NCBI RefSeq assembly: GCF_006345805.1
Contig: NW_021827684.1
Coordinates: 1 to 9,914, forward strand
From: Octopus sinensis
Lineage: Eukaryota
DNA length: 9,914 nt
Direction: 5' to 3'
Notes under the pieces: model-generated
The model's input: only the letters and a program-made list of their open reading frames with translations
Databases searched by the model: none
Told to the model about the DNA's origin: nothing
Part shown: positions 1 to 8,586 of the stretch, piece by piece
Position numbering within the stretch: the first letter of the stretch is position 1
Layout of the letters: each line of letters opens with the position of its first letter
Made by a program: the position numbers and the translations under genes

Positions 1-215
1 TACCTATCTATCTATATCTATCTATCTAGCATTATCTATCTATCTACTATCTATATAGCTATCTATCTATCTATCTATTTATCTATCTGTCTATCTACCT
101 GTCTGTCCTGTCTGTCTGTCTGTCTGTCTGTCTCTCCGTCTGTTTATATTATTTCTATATTTATCTATATCAGTGTTTCTCTGTGTATCTGTCTCTCTGC
201 CTTTCTGTCTCTCTG
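1..215. repeat. Compound (TATC)n to (TGTC)n tetranucleotide microsatellite, degenerating into TC-rich sequence
   Basis: Read directly: tatctatc... switches to ctgtctgtc... around position 90-130. Confidence 0.95.
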
Positions 216-456
216 TCCGAATGTGTGTACGCACGTGTTAACGTTGTTCTTTTTCTTTTTCTTTCTTTTTTCTTATTTGTATCTATATACACACGCGCGC
301 ATGTAGACATGCACCCCCATTATTACGTTCATTTTGTGCTGGTTCAACTGAGAAAAAATTACTTTGGTAACCATGCCTTAATTCTTGCCGTGATTTTGTG
401 CAAGTTTTCGAAGGCAATTAATTTTCAGTTCGTTCAATCATATATAAAGAGAGTGA

Positions 457-528
457 TATACATACATACACACACATACATACACACACATACACCACAC
501 ACACATACATACATACATATATATATAT

Positions 529-595
<67 letters not shown>

Positions 596-615
596 TATAC
601 ATACATATATATATA

Positions 616-693
<78 letters not shown>

Positions 694-704
694 TATTATA
701 TATG
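457..704. repeat. (CA/TACA)n followed by long (TA)n microsatellite
   Basis: Read directly. It produces the YIYI/HTHT pseudo-ORFs. Confidence 0.97.
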
Positions 705-1650
705 CATATCTGGCACAGGACGTCACGAAAGTGTACAACAAAAAATTCGAATCACGAGTACATGGAACATGAACTAATGGAAAACAAAACAAACAACATA
801 AAGAACGACCCTTCATCAGTTGTCTGTTTTTCTAGTCTCGTATTTCGAGCATTTAACAACAATATACGCTTTCGATAAAACAGGTGCTCCCGCAAAGCAA
901 ATTAAATAATATTTAGGATTTTTGCGGAGGGGCAAAATTGGTAACATAAACAGGACAGTGAAATTAAACAGGAAGTGCTGCTAAGCCTAATCGAAGTAGT
1001 GGTGGCAAACGCGTAATTCAAGCTCGGACAGGAGACGAACAAGAACACGTCTTCCTTGTTCCAGCTACAACGGAGAGAAAGAAATACAAGTTAAGAGAAG
1101 AAAGAAATATGGCCGATGGTCTCGTGGGAGCCACGTAAGCTAGGGAGGAGGAGTGAGGGAGAGAGAGAGAGAGTGACAGAGTAATAGGATAGAATAGTGG
1201 GAGAAGAGGAGGTAAAAGAATAAGATACAAAGGCAAAGAATTCACGAGAAAAATAATTCTTGAAAAATGAATTTACTAAGATATAATTAATCTTGTTATT
1301 ATCTGGAATGACTATTTTAAAAAATTATAAAAACCGAATCAATGATATAGGCGACGCAGACGCGAGAAAAGCATTAAATAGCGGAAGGATTAAAATTAAT
1401 CAAAGGACATACAAAGTATGTCTACCTACTGGAAATAAAAGCCAAAACTCATATTTAAATCGCCAAAATACATTGATAATAACTACAAATCAGGTTAATA
1501 AAATCTCCCAACGTACATTTAAGTATTTGGACTCACGTGGACCGGTTTCTGCACTGGTAAAAAAAATCGCCTTAGCTCCTTCAGATTCCACGATATTTGA
1601 TTTATTTTACTCCATAGCAAGATTGCTGAATTTCCTCTCGCCAAATAAAT
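705..1650 (-). mobile_element. Probable Penelope-like retroelement 3' end (decayed endonuclease C-terminus plus pLTR/3' region) abutting (TA)n
   Basis: Minus-strand translation of ~1650-1530, allowing frameshifts, reads IWREE-x-SAILLWSKINQISWNLKEL..FYQCRNRST*. This resembles the Penelope GIY-YIG tail (LC..EK..I...LN.R.E...CRH). The downstream region carries a hammerhead core at 808-868, and hammerheads are typical of Penelope pLTRs. Family assignment is inference. Confidence 0.45.
808..868 (-). ncRNA. Candidate rearranged (non-circularly permuted) hammerhead ribozyme, copy 1
   Basis: Minus strand: CGUAU-A-UUGUU-guuaaau-GCUC-GAA-AUACG-agacuagaaaaaca-GACAA-CUGAUGA-A-GGGU. Stem III is CGUAU/AUACG, stem I is UUGUU/GACAA and stem II is GCUC/GGGU. 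The AUA triplet is at 865-863. Confidence 0.6.
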
Positions 1651-1663
1651 AAATATGCAATAT

Positions 1664-1832
1664 GGGCACGGGGGGTAACTGTATGGTGAGAAGCTTGCAG
1701 CTTGCAACCCAATCATATGGCTGTGGTTTCAGTCCCATTACGCAGTACCTTCGGGTAAGTGTCTTTTGTTATAGCCTCGAATTTACCAAAGCTTTGTGAG
1801 TTGATTTGACAGTCAGAACTGAAAGAAGACTA

Positions 1833-1837
<5 letters not shown>
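1664..1837 (+). mobile_element. tRNA-derived SINE, 5' half (family A head), diverged
   Basis: Aligns by eye with 6423-6583 and with the reverse complement of 2370-2522. Degenerate B box ggtttcagtccc. Ends in ctgaaagaagactatcgta before (CA)n. Confidence 0.85.
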
Positions 1838-1871
<34 letters not shown>

Positions 1872-1890
1872 TGCACACATATATATATAT
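1837..1890. repeat. (CA)n/(TA)n microsatellite
   Basis: Read directly. Confidence 0.95.
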
Positions 1891-1899
1891 TATTCTTTT

Positions 1900-2060
1900 T
1901 TTTCAGTCATTTGATTGCGGCCATGCACAGCCGTTAGTCGAATAAATTAAACCTAGGACTTATTCTTTGTAAGCCTAGTACTTGTTCTATCGGACTCTTT
2001 TGTCGAACCGCTAATATATGGGGACGTAAACACATCAACATCGGTTGTCAAGCGATGCTG
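1900..2060 (-). mobile_element. SINE family A, 3' half
   Basis: Highly similar to 6265-6422 (cagtcatttga.tgcggccatgc ... ggacttattctttgtaagcctagtactt ... ggggacgtaaacac ... catcggttgtc). Confidence 0.85.
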
Positions 2061-2260
2061 TTGTTTTTCTAAAAATCTTTTTTCGTTTTTTTAATGGATT
2101 GACACGATTTCTATGTAAAAAAAAGTCATTGATTAAGTATAGTCATGCCTCGCTGCTTTTTGGTTATGTCGCCAATGATTAGGCTCGATTTAAAAAAAAC
2201 AATGCACACACATAAAGGAGGTGCTATAGTACTATTCCACAGCCATACCAACAATCCAAC

Positions 2261-2322
2261 ATGCCCCCATCATCAGCTGCCCTACGGATATCATTATGGT
2301 TTCGACACCTGGGCAGTACCAT
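2261..2322 (-). ncRNA. Candidate rearranged (non-circularly permuted) hammerhead ribozyme, copy 2
   Basis: Minus strand: AUGGU-A-CUGCCC-aggu-GUC-GAA-ACCAU-aaugauauccgua-GGGCAG-CUGAUGA-U-GGGGGCAU. Stem III AUGGU/ACCAU and stem I CUGCCC/GGGCAG are both perfect. The GUA triplet is at 2319-2317. Stem II is short. Confidence 0.65.
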
Positions 2323-2369
2323 TCAATCCGGCAGTGTCAACAGCACTAAAATAAGTGTTGATTGGGAAC

Positions 2370-2522
2370 ACGACAGGCTTCTTTCATTTTCCGTCTACCA
2401 AATCCACTCACAAGGCTTTGATCGGCCCGAGGCTGTAGTAGAAGTCACTTGCCCAAGGTGCCACGCAGTGGAACTGAACCCGACACCACGTGGTTCGGAA
2501 GTAAGCTTCTTACCACACGGCC
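2370..2522 (-). mobile_element. tRNA-derived SINE, 5' half (family A head)
   Basis: Reverse complement matches 6426-6583. It has an A-box-like ggccgtgtggtaag and B box gggttcagttcc. Confidence 0.9.
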
Positions 2523-2523
2523 T

Positions 2524-2558
2524 CACATACACACACAGACACGCAGACACACATACTC

Positions 2559-2590
<32 letters not shown>

Positions 2591-2611
2591 GTACACATAT
2601 ATACGCACACA
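2524..2611. repeat. (CA)n-rich microsatellite
   Basis: Read directly. Confidence 0.95.
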
Positions 2612-2692
2612 AGATGGCCAAAAGCCACGCACAAAATAAGTTTGATACGCTTGGGAATTGTCAAAAACACTCTTCAATTTTTTAAAAAAGAA

Positions 2693-2758
2693 TAAAATAA
2701 AATAACAACAACAACAACAACAACAACAACAATAATAATAATAATAATAATAATAATT

Positions 2759-2796
<38 letters not shown>

Positions 2797-2854
2797 AATA
2801 ATAATAGTAATGATGATGATGATAATAATAATAATAATAGTAATGATGATGATG

Positions 2855-2900
<46 letters not shown>

Positions 2901-2972
2901 TAATAATAATAATAATAATAATAATAACGTAATATATATATAATGTTAAATACGTGTATATATATATATATA
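2693..2972. repeat. Compound (AAC)n-(AAT)n-(GAT)n trinucleotide array followed by (TA)n
   Basis: Read directly. It includes a repeated higher-order unit (gat)n-(aat)n-agt-aat. Confidence 0.97.
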
Positions 2973-2979
2973 AACATAG

Positions 2980-3160
2980 ATTTTTTTTATAAGCGTTGCA
3001 ATATGTATTGTACGATACAAATAAGCTTATAGTTTTTCGAACGCAGAATTTACGTTAGAACAGTAGAAATACTTACAAAGCTGAAAACTTGTTAACACCC
3101 ATGGGACTCGCACCCACATCCTAAATGTTTTGGCTCGTGACTTTTGGTCCATCCTCTATA
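2980..3160 (-). mobile_element. Possible old tRNA-derived SINE (degenerate head, A-rich tail)
   Basis: The minus strand has a T-arm/B-box-like gtgggtgcgagtcccat (3117-3101), one mismatch from GGTTCGAGTCCC. It lies ~40 nt after an A-box-like tagaggatgg, and there is an A8 run at 2988-2981. Confidence 0.3.
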
Positions 3161-3162
3161 CA

Positions 3163-3415
3163 TATGTGTGTATGTATATATGCATGCATGTTTGTGTGTG
3201 TGTGTGTGTGTGCGCGCGCGCGTGTTTGTGTGTGCGTGCGTGTGTTATGTTTGGTTCTCACCGCTGCTTGAAAACCGGTTTTTTAAAATTTTTTTTAAAA
3301 TAAGTGCTGCGGGGATCGAGTTGATTTGTTTGACTAGAATCCGTCAACACAATGCTCCAGCGTGGCCACAATGCAATGACTCTCGATCAAACAGAAGTAA
3401 AAGATTAAAAGATTA
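3163..3415 (+). mobile_element. Diverged SINE family A 3' half with its internal (TG)n
   Basis: (TG)n is followed by gcttgaaaaccgg ... ttgatttgtttgactag ... tgctccagcgtggccacaatgcaatgact ... gtaaaagattaaaaga, the sense version of 6248-6422. Confidence 0.75.
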
Positions 3416-3477
3416 CTAAAATTTTAAAGCAAACAGCGTCACTGCTGAGATTAGAGATTTGTATTAGTTGATATTTT

Positions 3478-4460
3478 AGAATAGAGGATTGTATAGAGAA
3501 GGAGATAACTCCTAGCATACCACTTCTGAGGAATATTCATGAAAGAATGTTGCAGGCTGCACTGAGTGAGAAAGTGATCAGTGACGATGGTGAGACCCTC
3601 CAGGAGTACAATATAAGGATTAATAGAGAAAAGATCATCAAATGCAAAGAGAAAGTCATATACAGTGAGTTGTTTCTTTAGCAAACATCAGATGAAGCTG
3701 ATGAAGAATCCTGGAAACGATTAAAGCATGTTTTTTTTTAAAGAAGGGGGCAAAAGGACTGATTGTTGCTGCTCAAGAACAAGTTTTATGAACCAACTCA
3801 GTCGGGAATAGCATTGATAAGACAGCAGTATCACCTTTGTATAGATTATGTAGAAAGTCATCCGAGACAATTGGACATATGATCAGTGGATGCTAAAAAC
3901 CGACCTAAAAGGAGAACAAAAGCACCATGACAAAATGGTAGTGCAAATACACTGGGAGTTGTGCGGGAATTATGGGCTAGAATGTTCCAACAAATGGTAT
4001 GAGCACCAACCTTTGCCAGTAGCAGAGAATAATCAAGTGAAACTCATACGGGATAAACGAATATACACAGACAAAAAGCTGTGACACAACCGACCAGATA
4101 ACACTGTCCTACGTAAGGAATCCAAAACAACGGACCTTCATCAACGTAGCTTTACCTGCAAACCAGAATATTGTGAATACAAAAAAAAAAAGAAAGGAAG
4201 TCGAGAAATACCAAGACCTAGCATAGGAAGTGAAATGCATCCATAGAGACTCAAAAGTAAGTGTGGTATCTATTGTGATCAGTGCACTTGGGACCATCTC
4301 AAAGAAAGCAATGTTCTGGCATCAAAAGCTACAGATACCAGAACTTAGGAAGTATTTTCAGTTGGCAGCAGTACTTGGAACAGCTCGTTTGTAGAAAAGT
4401 GTTGCATCTCTAAGCTGTGGGAGGGGAGCTGAGATGTGACATAGATAACTCAGGAGAAGA
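3478..4460 (+). mobile_element. 5'-truncated, decayed R4/Dong-clade non-LTR retrotransposon (post-RT region, CCHC knuckle, restriction-like endonuclease, short 3' UTR), copy 1
   Basis: Translation across stops and frameshifts: RIEDCIEKE..LLRNIHERMLQAALSEKVI..QTSDEADEESWK..GLIVAAQEQVL*TN..(Y)RLCRKSSETIGHMISGC..HHDKMVVQIHWELCGNYGL..WYEHQP..NRPD..VEKYQDLA..VVSIVISALGT..LGTAR..KVLHL* (stop 4411-4413). Followed by taataa. Confidence 0.9.
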
Positions 4461-4466
4461 TAATAA

Positions 4467-4512
<46 letters not shown>

Positions 4513-4514
4513 AA

Positions 4515-4564
<50 letters not shown>

Positions 4565-4612
4565 CAACAACAACAACAACAATAATAATAATAATGATAA
4601 TAATAATAATAA
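4461..4612. repeat. Compound (CTA)n-(AAT)n-(AAC)n-(AAT)n microsatellite between two Dong-like copies
   Basis: Read directly. Confidence 0.97.
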
Positions 4613-5645
4613 TATGTACCAAGAAAAAGGGGGAAGAGAACTTATTGGATGCGAACACAGCTTTAGAGCAAAAGAAAACAACATAGCATAGGATGTAAAA
4701 AAATGCCACATAACCGTTAATATTAGAAGTAGGAAGGTCAGGTTTGTGTAGGATGAAAGATTGCAAAGATAAAGCATTATACAAGCAACTGAAAAAAAAA
4801 ATGAAACTGAAAATAGGTGGGTAAAGAAAATAATGCATGGACAATTTCATAGGGAAGTTGAAGATAAGACAGTCAGAAGAAAGGTGGCTGTGGATGACTA
4901 AAGGTGATTTAAAATCGGAAACGGAGGCTCTAATCTGTGCTGCCCAAGAGCAAGCACTAAGAACAAACTACATAAAATACAAAATAGACAACACAGCAGA
5001 AAGTGATAAGTGCAGAATCTGTGGAAAAAACGGTGAAAGCGTATGGCATATTACCAGCCAATGTACGCCACTAGCCCAAAAGGAATATAAGAGACACCAC
5101 GACAATATAGCCAGGCTTGTCCATTGGACACTTTGCAACAAGTATGGACTTGACAGAGCAAAAAATTGGTACGACCACAACCTGAAAATGTCGTCGAAAA
5201 TAGAAATGCGAAGATCCTATGGGATTTTGATTCAGTGCGACAATGAGATTGAGAATAGGAAGCCGGACATAGTCTTATTTGAGAAAGAAAACAAACTATG
5301 CTGGATCATAGATATAGCATGCCCAACAAGGTATGTGATAAGGAAGAAAGAAAAGTTGAGCGATATGACAGGTTAGCTTGGGAGGTTAAGCAGTTGTGGT
5401 TAATGAAAATGGTAGCAGTAGTACCAGTAATTGTTGGAGCCCTGGAAACAGAGAAAAGATCTTGAGAAATACGTGGAACAAATAAGGACTGCAATAAGGG
5501 TTGAGCACTTGCAGAAAACAGTACTGCTTGGAACCGCTCGAATACTCCGGAAGGTGCTCGAAAAATAAGAGGCGTTATCTTAGTTCATTGGTAGTGAACA
5601 GCTGACACTGTAGTACATCTCCAGCGTTAGAAGCTGTGCAAAGGC
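4613..5645 (+). mobile_element. 5'-truncated R4/Dong-clade non-LTR retrotransposon pseudogene, copy 2 (different subfamily, better preserved)
   Basis: YVPRK-GGRELI..MHGQFHRE..WLWMTKGDLKSETEALICAAQEQALRTN; CCHC knuckle CRICGKNGESVWHITSQC; HHDNIARLVHW; RLE core RKPDIV...IIDIACP...KVERYDRL; VVPVIVGAL; LQKTVLLGTARILRKVLEK* (stop 5566-5568). Flanked on both sides by (AAT)n. Confidence 0.93.
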
Positions 5646-5702
<57 letters not shown>

Positions 5703-5708
5703 CATAAT
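5646..5708. repeat. (AAT)n tract at the 3' junction of Dong-like copy 2
   Basis: Read directly. Confidence 0.97.
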
Positions 5709-5812
5709 CCTTTCTGAACTTTCTGGTTTTCGTCACTGGTTACCAATTATCTTTAAAAATTTTCAACGTATCATATAAATATAAATTTGAATTTGAATTG
5801 GAATTTTTTTAT

Positions 5813-5921
5813 TCACACACACACACCACACAACACACACACACACACACACACAACACACACCCACACCACCCACACACACACCACACACACACACACA
5901 CACTCACACACACACACACAC
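5813..5921. repeat. Imperfect (CA)n microsatellite
   Basis: Read directly. Confidence 0.95.
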
Positions 5922-6247
5922 AAATCAAAAATTCACACACCTCACCTCCGTTTTACATTTACACACATATACTCATACAGAGTTGAAATGTCCCTACAAT
6001 CATTTTGCCATTACCCCTTCCTTCCTTATTCATCTATCACCCCTTCCTTTCTCATTCATATGCTGTGACGGAGAAAACCACAAGAGTATTACTATAGAAG
6101 ATTATCTTTCTCGTATCTCCTTCCCCTCTTTGTGTGCATGCGCAGCATCTATGGTAACTATGGAAACAGAGGTCTTCGCCACGGTGATGTGTAAAGTACT
6201 CACTTTTGATTGGCTAAAATACCCAAAGTTTGCAAATTTTAAAGGCA

Positions 6248-6422
6248 CTCTTTTACTCTTTTACTTGCTTCAGTCATTTGACTGCGGCCATGCTGGAGCA
6301 CCGCCTTTAGTCGAGCAGATCGACCCCAGGACTTATTCTTTGTAAGCCTAGTACTTATACTATCAGTCTCTTTTGCCGAACCGCTAAGTTACGGGGACGT
6401 AAACACACCAGCATCGGTTGTC
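6248..6422 (-). mobile_element. SINE family A, 3' half with (gtaaaaga)n tail
   Basis: Matches 1900-2050. The tail reads ctcttttactcttttac on the + strand. Confidence 0.9.
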
Positions 6423-6597
6423 GGAGTGGCTGCATGGTAAGTAGCTTGCTTACGAACTACATGGTTCCGGGTTCAGTCCCACTGCGTGGTACTTTGGGCA
6501 AGTTTCTCTTCTACAATAGCCTCGGGCCAACCAAAGCCTTGTGAGTGGATTTGGTAGACGGAAACTGAAAGAAGCCCATCGTATGTATATATATATA

Positions 6598-6628
<31 letters not shown>

Positions 6629-6653
6629 TTGAGTGTCTGTGTTTGTCCCCCAA
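6423..6653 (+). mobile_element. SINE family A, 5' half (tRNA-like head, internal TA/TG repeat), inverted relative to its adjacent 3' half
   Basis: A box-like gtggctgcatggtaag and B box gggttcagtccc. Homologous to 1664-1837 and 2370-2522. Confidence 0.9.
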
Positions 6654-6788
6654 TAATTTTTTAATTATGGATTTGTAGGAAAAATGAATTTTATTTTCAT
6701 AATTAGTATACAAGACGTAATCCATATACCAAATTTGAAAAGAGTTGGAGCAAGATTGTAAACAGTGATGCAAACCATGAAAATCCCT

Positions 6789-7003
6789 CCCTTCTAGCAT
6801 AGGCACAAGGCCTGAAATATTGGGGAGGGTACTAGTCAATTAAATCGATCCAGTATTTCACTGGTACTTAATTTATCAAACTCCCGAGAGGAATGAAAGC
6901 AAAGTCAACCTCGGCGGAATTTGAACTCCGAACGAAGCGACGGGCGAAATACCGCTAAGCATTTCGTCCCAGCGCGCTGACGATTCTGCCAGCTTGCCGC
7001 CTT
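6789..7003 (-). mobile_element. Second tRNA-derived SINE family, near full length
   Basis: The minus strand starts aaggcggcaagctggcagaatcg (A box-like) and has B box gagttcaaattcc. It continues gccgaggttgactttgctttcattcc...gataaattaagtaccag, resembling the conserved central domain of Nin/Deu/Meta-type SINEs (from memory). Confidence 0.85.
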
Positions 7004-7062
7004 AATAACAACGACGACAACGACGACGACAACGACAACGACGACAACGACGACAATAATAA
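7004..7062. repeat. (GAC/AAC)n trinucleotide repeat with aat ends
   Basis: Read directly. Confidence 0.9.
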
Positions 7063-7213
7063 GCGAATTAAATCCGCAGTGAATAATGAACATCGTAGAC
7101 GTGTGTCAGCGAACTTCCTTTGAGGGAAGGTGAAATCTGAGATCATCGCCAAGCAGGTTTTAAGAAACCGCAAAACAATGTAAGAAAATTATGTTTTAAT
7201 GTGAAGTCATTTG

Positions 7214-8194
7214 GGCGATCTTTCGTCTCTAGTACACCTTTCCGTCGATTTCCGTAAAAATTTTTTTTTTTACATATGGGCTTGCGGGAACTTTTGAAGT
7301 AATATACATACATATACATATACACATACACCGAGTAAAAAATTTCAGTTATCTCTTTCTTTCACACATTACTTCTGTATCTTCACACACACTAACAGAA
7401 GCACTTCACTTACACAACATACTGTCTGTCTCCCACACCCCATCAAACACACACACACACACACACATGTACATCAATGCTCCCATGCACGGTAACTTCA
7501 AAAGAACTTCCCTCATCATACAATCGCTTTCTCTTAGTCACTTTCGCTCTCATTACTTTGTAGTGATCCTATAACGGCGCGCGCTCGCGCACCGCCCATT
7601 TGTATTTCGCGCGTGTTGGTGCCTTTACCAAGGCAGAGAGAGGAAGGGCCCTCTCGCGCATGCGCGAAGCACCGGAAGAAGAACCCTTTTGCCTACGTAG
7701 CAGTTAGCCGAGGCAAGGGGGTCGTAAGACGTTGACCACCAGCGTCCAGCAGCAGCGGCGACTTGGGACGGCAGCGATTGAAGGAGACGGTCACGCATAT
7801 TTTCTCTCCGTTCGAACTTGCTTCTAGCAGTCCTTACCAAAAGGCCTTTAACCTGGATTGTTGCAGACATCATCTTCTTCCTCCTGACGCCATTTTGACC
7901 CGTTCTGTTTTTGGCGGCTGAACATTGTAAATATTACAATCGATTAACTTTCAGCCTTGCGCGCCCAGAACCAAGGACATCAGATAACACACTTATTGTT
8001 ACTGTTACCAAGAAAGAGAATCTGGATTATTAAAGCAACGGCTAGTGATTGCCTCTTGCACCCCAAAAGTGCAAGAGAAGATACACTCACTAAGTTCGTT
8101 ACAACTTCAAAAGTTCCCGCAAGCCCATATGTAAAAAGAAAAAAAAAATTTTACGGAAATCGACGGAAAGGTCTACTAGAGACGAAAGATTGCC
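7214..8194. mobile_element. Non-autonomous DNA transposon with ~87-91 bp TIRs
   Basis: 7214-7300 (ggcgatctttcgtctctagtacacc...gggaacttttgaagt) is the reverse complement of 8104-8194, with 2 substitutions plus differences in the A/T runs. Flanking direct repeat aagtcatttg at 7204-7213 and 8198-8207. No transposase ORF is visible. Confidence 0.92.
7570..7920. promoter_or_regulatory. CpG-rich promoter-like segment inside the TIR element
   Basis: Marked GC/CpG enrichment relative to the flanks. Perfect palindrome tcgcgcatgcgcga at 7654-7667 (NRF1-type GCGCATGCGC), ETS-type accggaag at 7671-7678, YY1-type cgccattttg at 7888-7897. Confidence 0.5.
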
Positions 8195-8586
8195 GTAAAG
8201 TCATTTGAGGAAACCAAAAGATTTCTTTCATATATGAAGTATCCAAAGTATAGTTTCTCCCAGATGCGTTTCTCACAGCAAAACATGCGTGAAAGAGTAA
8301 ACAACATAAACTGCGATATCCGTATACAACAGAACTGAGAACAAAACTGTGAGTACAAGAATTAATCACATATGCATTCCTATTTCTACATACATGCACA
8401 CTGCTGTTTTTCACTTATACATCAACAAATATGTTTATACAATTCACACTCGAACACGTACGAGCTTCTTTATACGCGTGAACAAAACAAACATCGAACG
8501 CACGGTGTTTAAATGACTTTAACAAAAGATACAACAAACTTCATTTTAAACAGTGTAAAGGAGCAGTTGTACTCGGTGACGAAGCT

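Noticed and set aside
183-878. 231-aa ORF and overlapping minus-strand ORFs
   Set aside because: Open only because TA/CA microsatellites lack stops; YI/HT dipeptide runs and no domain.
1293-1652. 119-aa plus-strand ORF
   Set aside because: Non-ATG start, no recognisable motif, and antisense to the inferred Penelope-like remnant.
2510-2977. Poly-Y/H/C ORF
   Set aside because: Translation of a trinucleotide microsatellite.
3698-3718. ctgatgaagaatcctggaaac, a hammerhead-like CUGAUGA...GAAAC in canonical order
   Set aside because: No convincing stems I-III, and it is explained as Dong coding sequence (ADEESWK).
4358-4850. Poly-L/V/I/S ORFs suggesting membrane proteins
   Set aside because: Microsatellite translation.
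4837-5376. 179-aa ORF as a functional gene
   Set aside because: It is a frameshift-bounded piece of a truncated retrotransposon lacking the RT domain.
6423-6490. tRNA gene
   Set aside because: A/B boxes are present but there is no full cloverleaf; it continues into SINE body sequence repeated elsewhere in the window.
7625-7873. 82-aa minus-strand ORF as a transposase
   Set aside because: Too short, with no DDE or DNA-binding motif; such ORFs are expected in GC-rich sequence.
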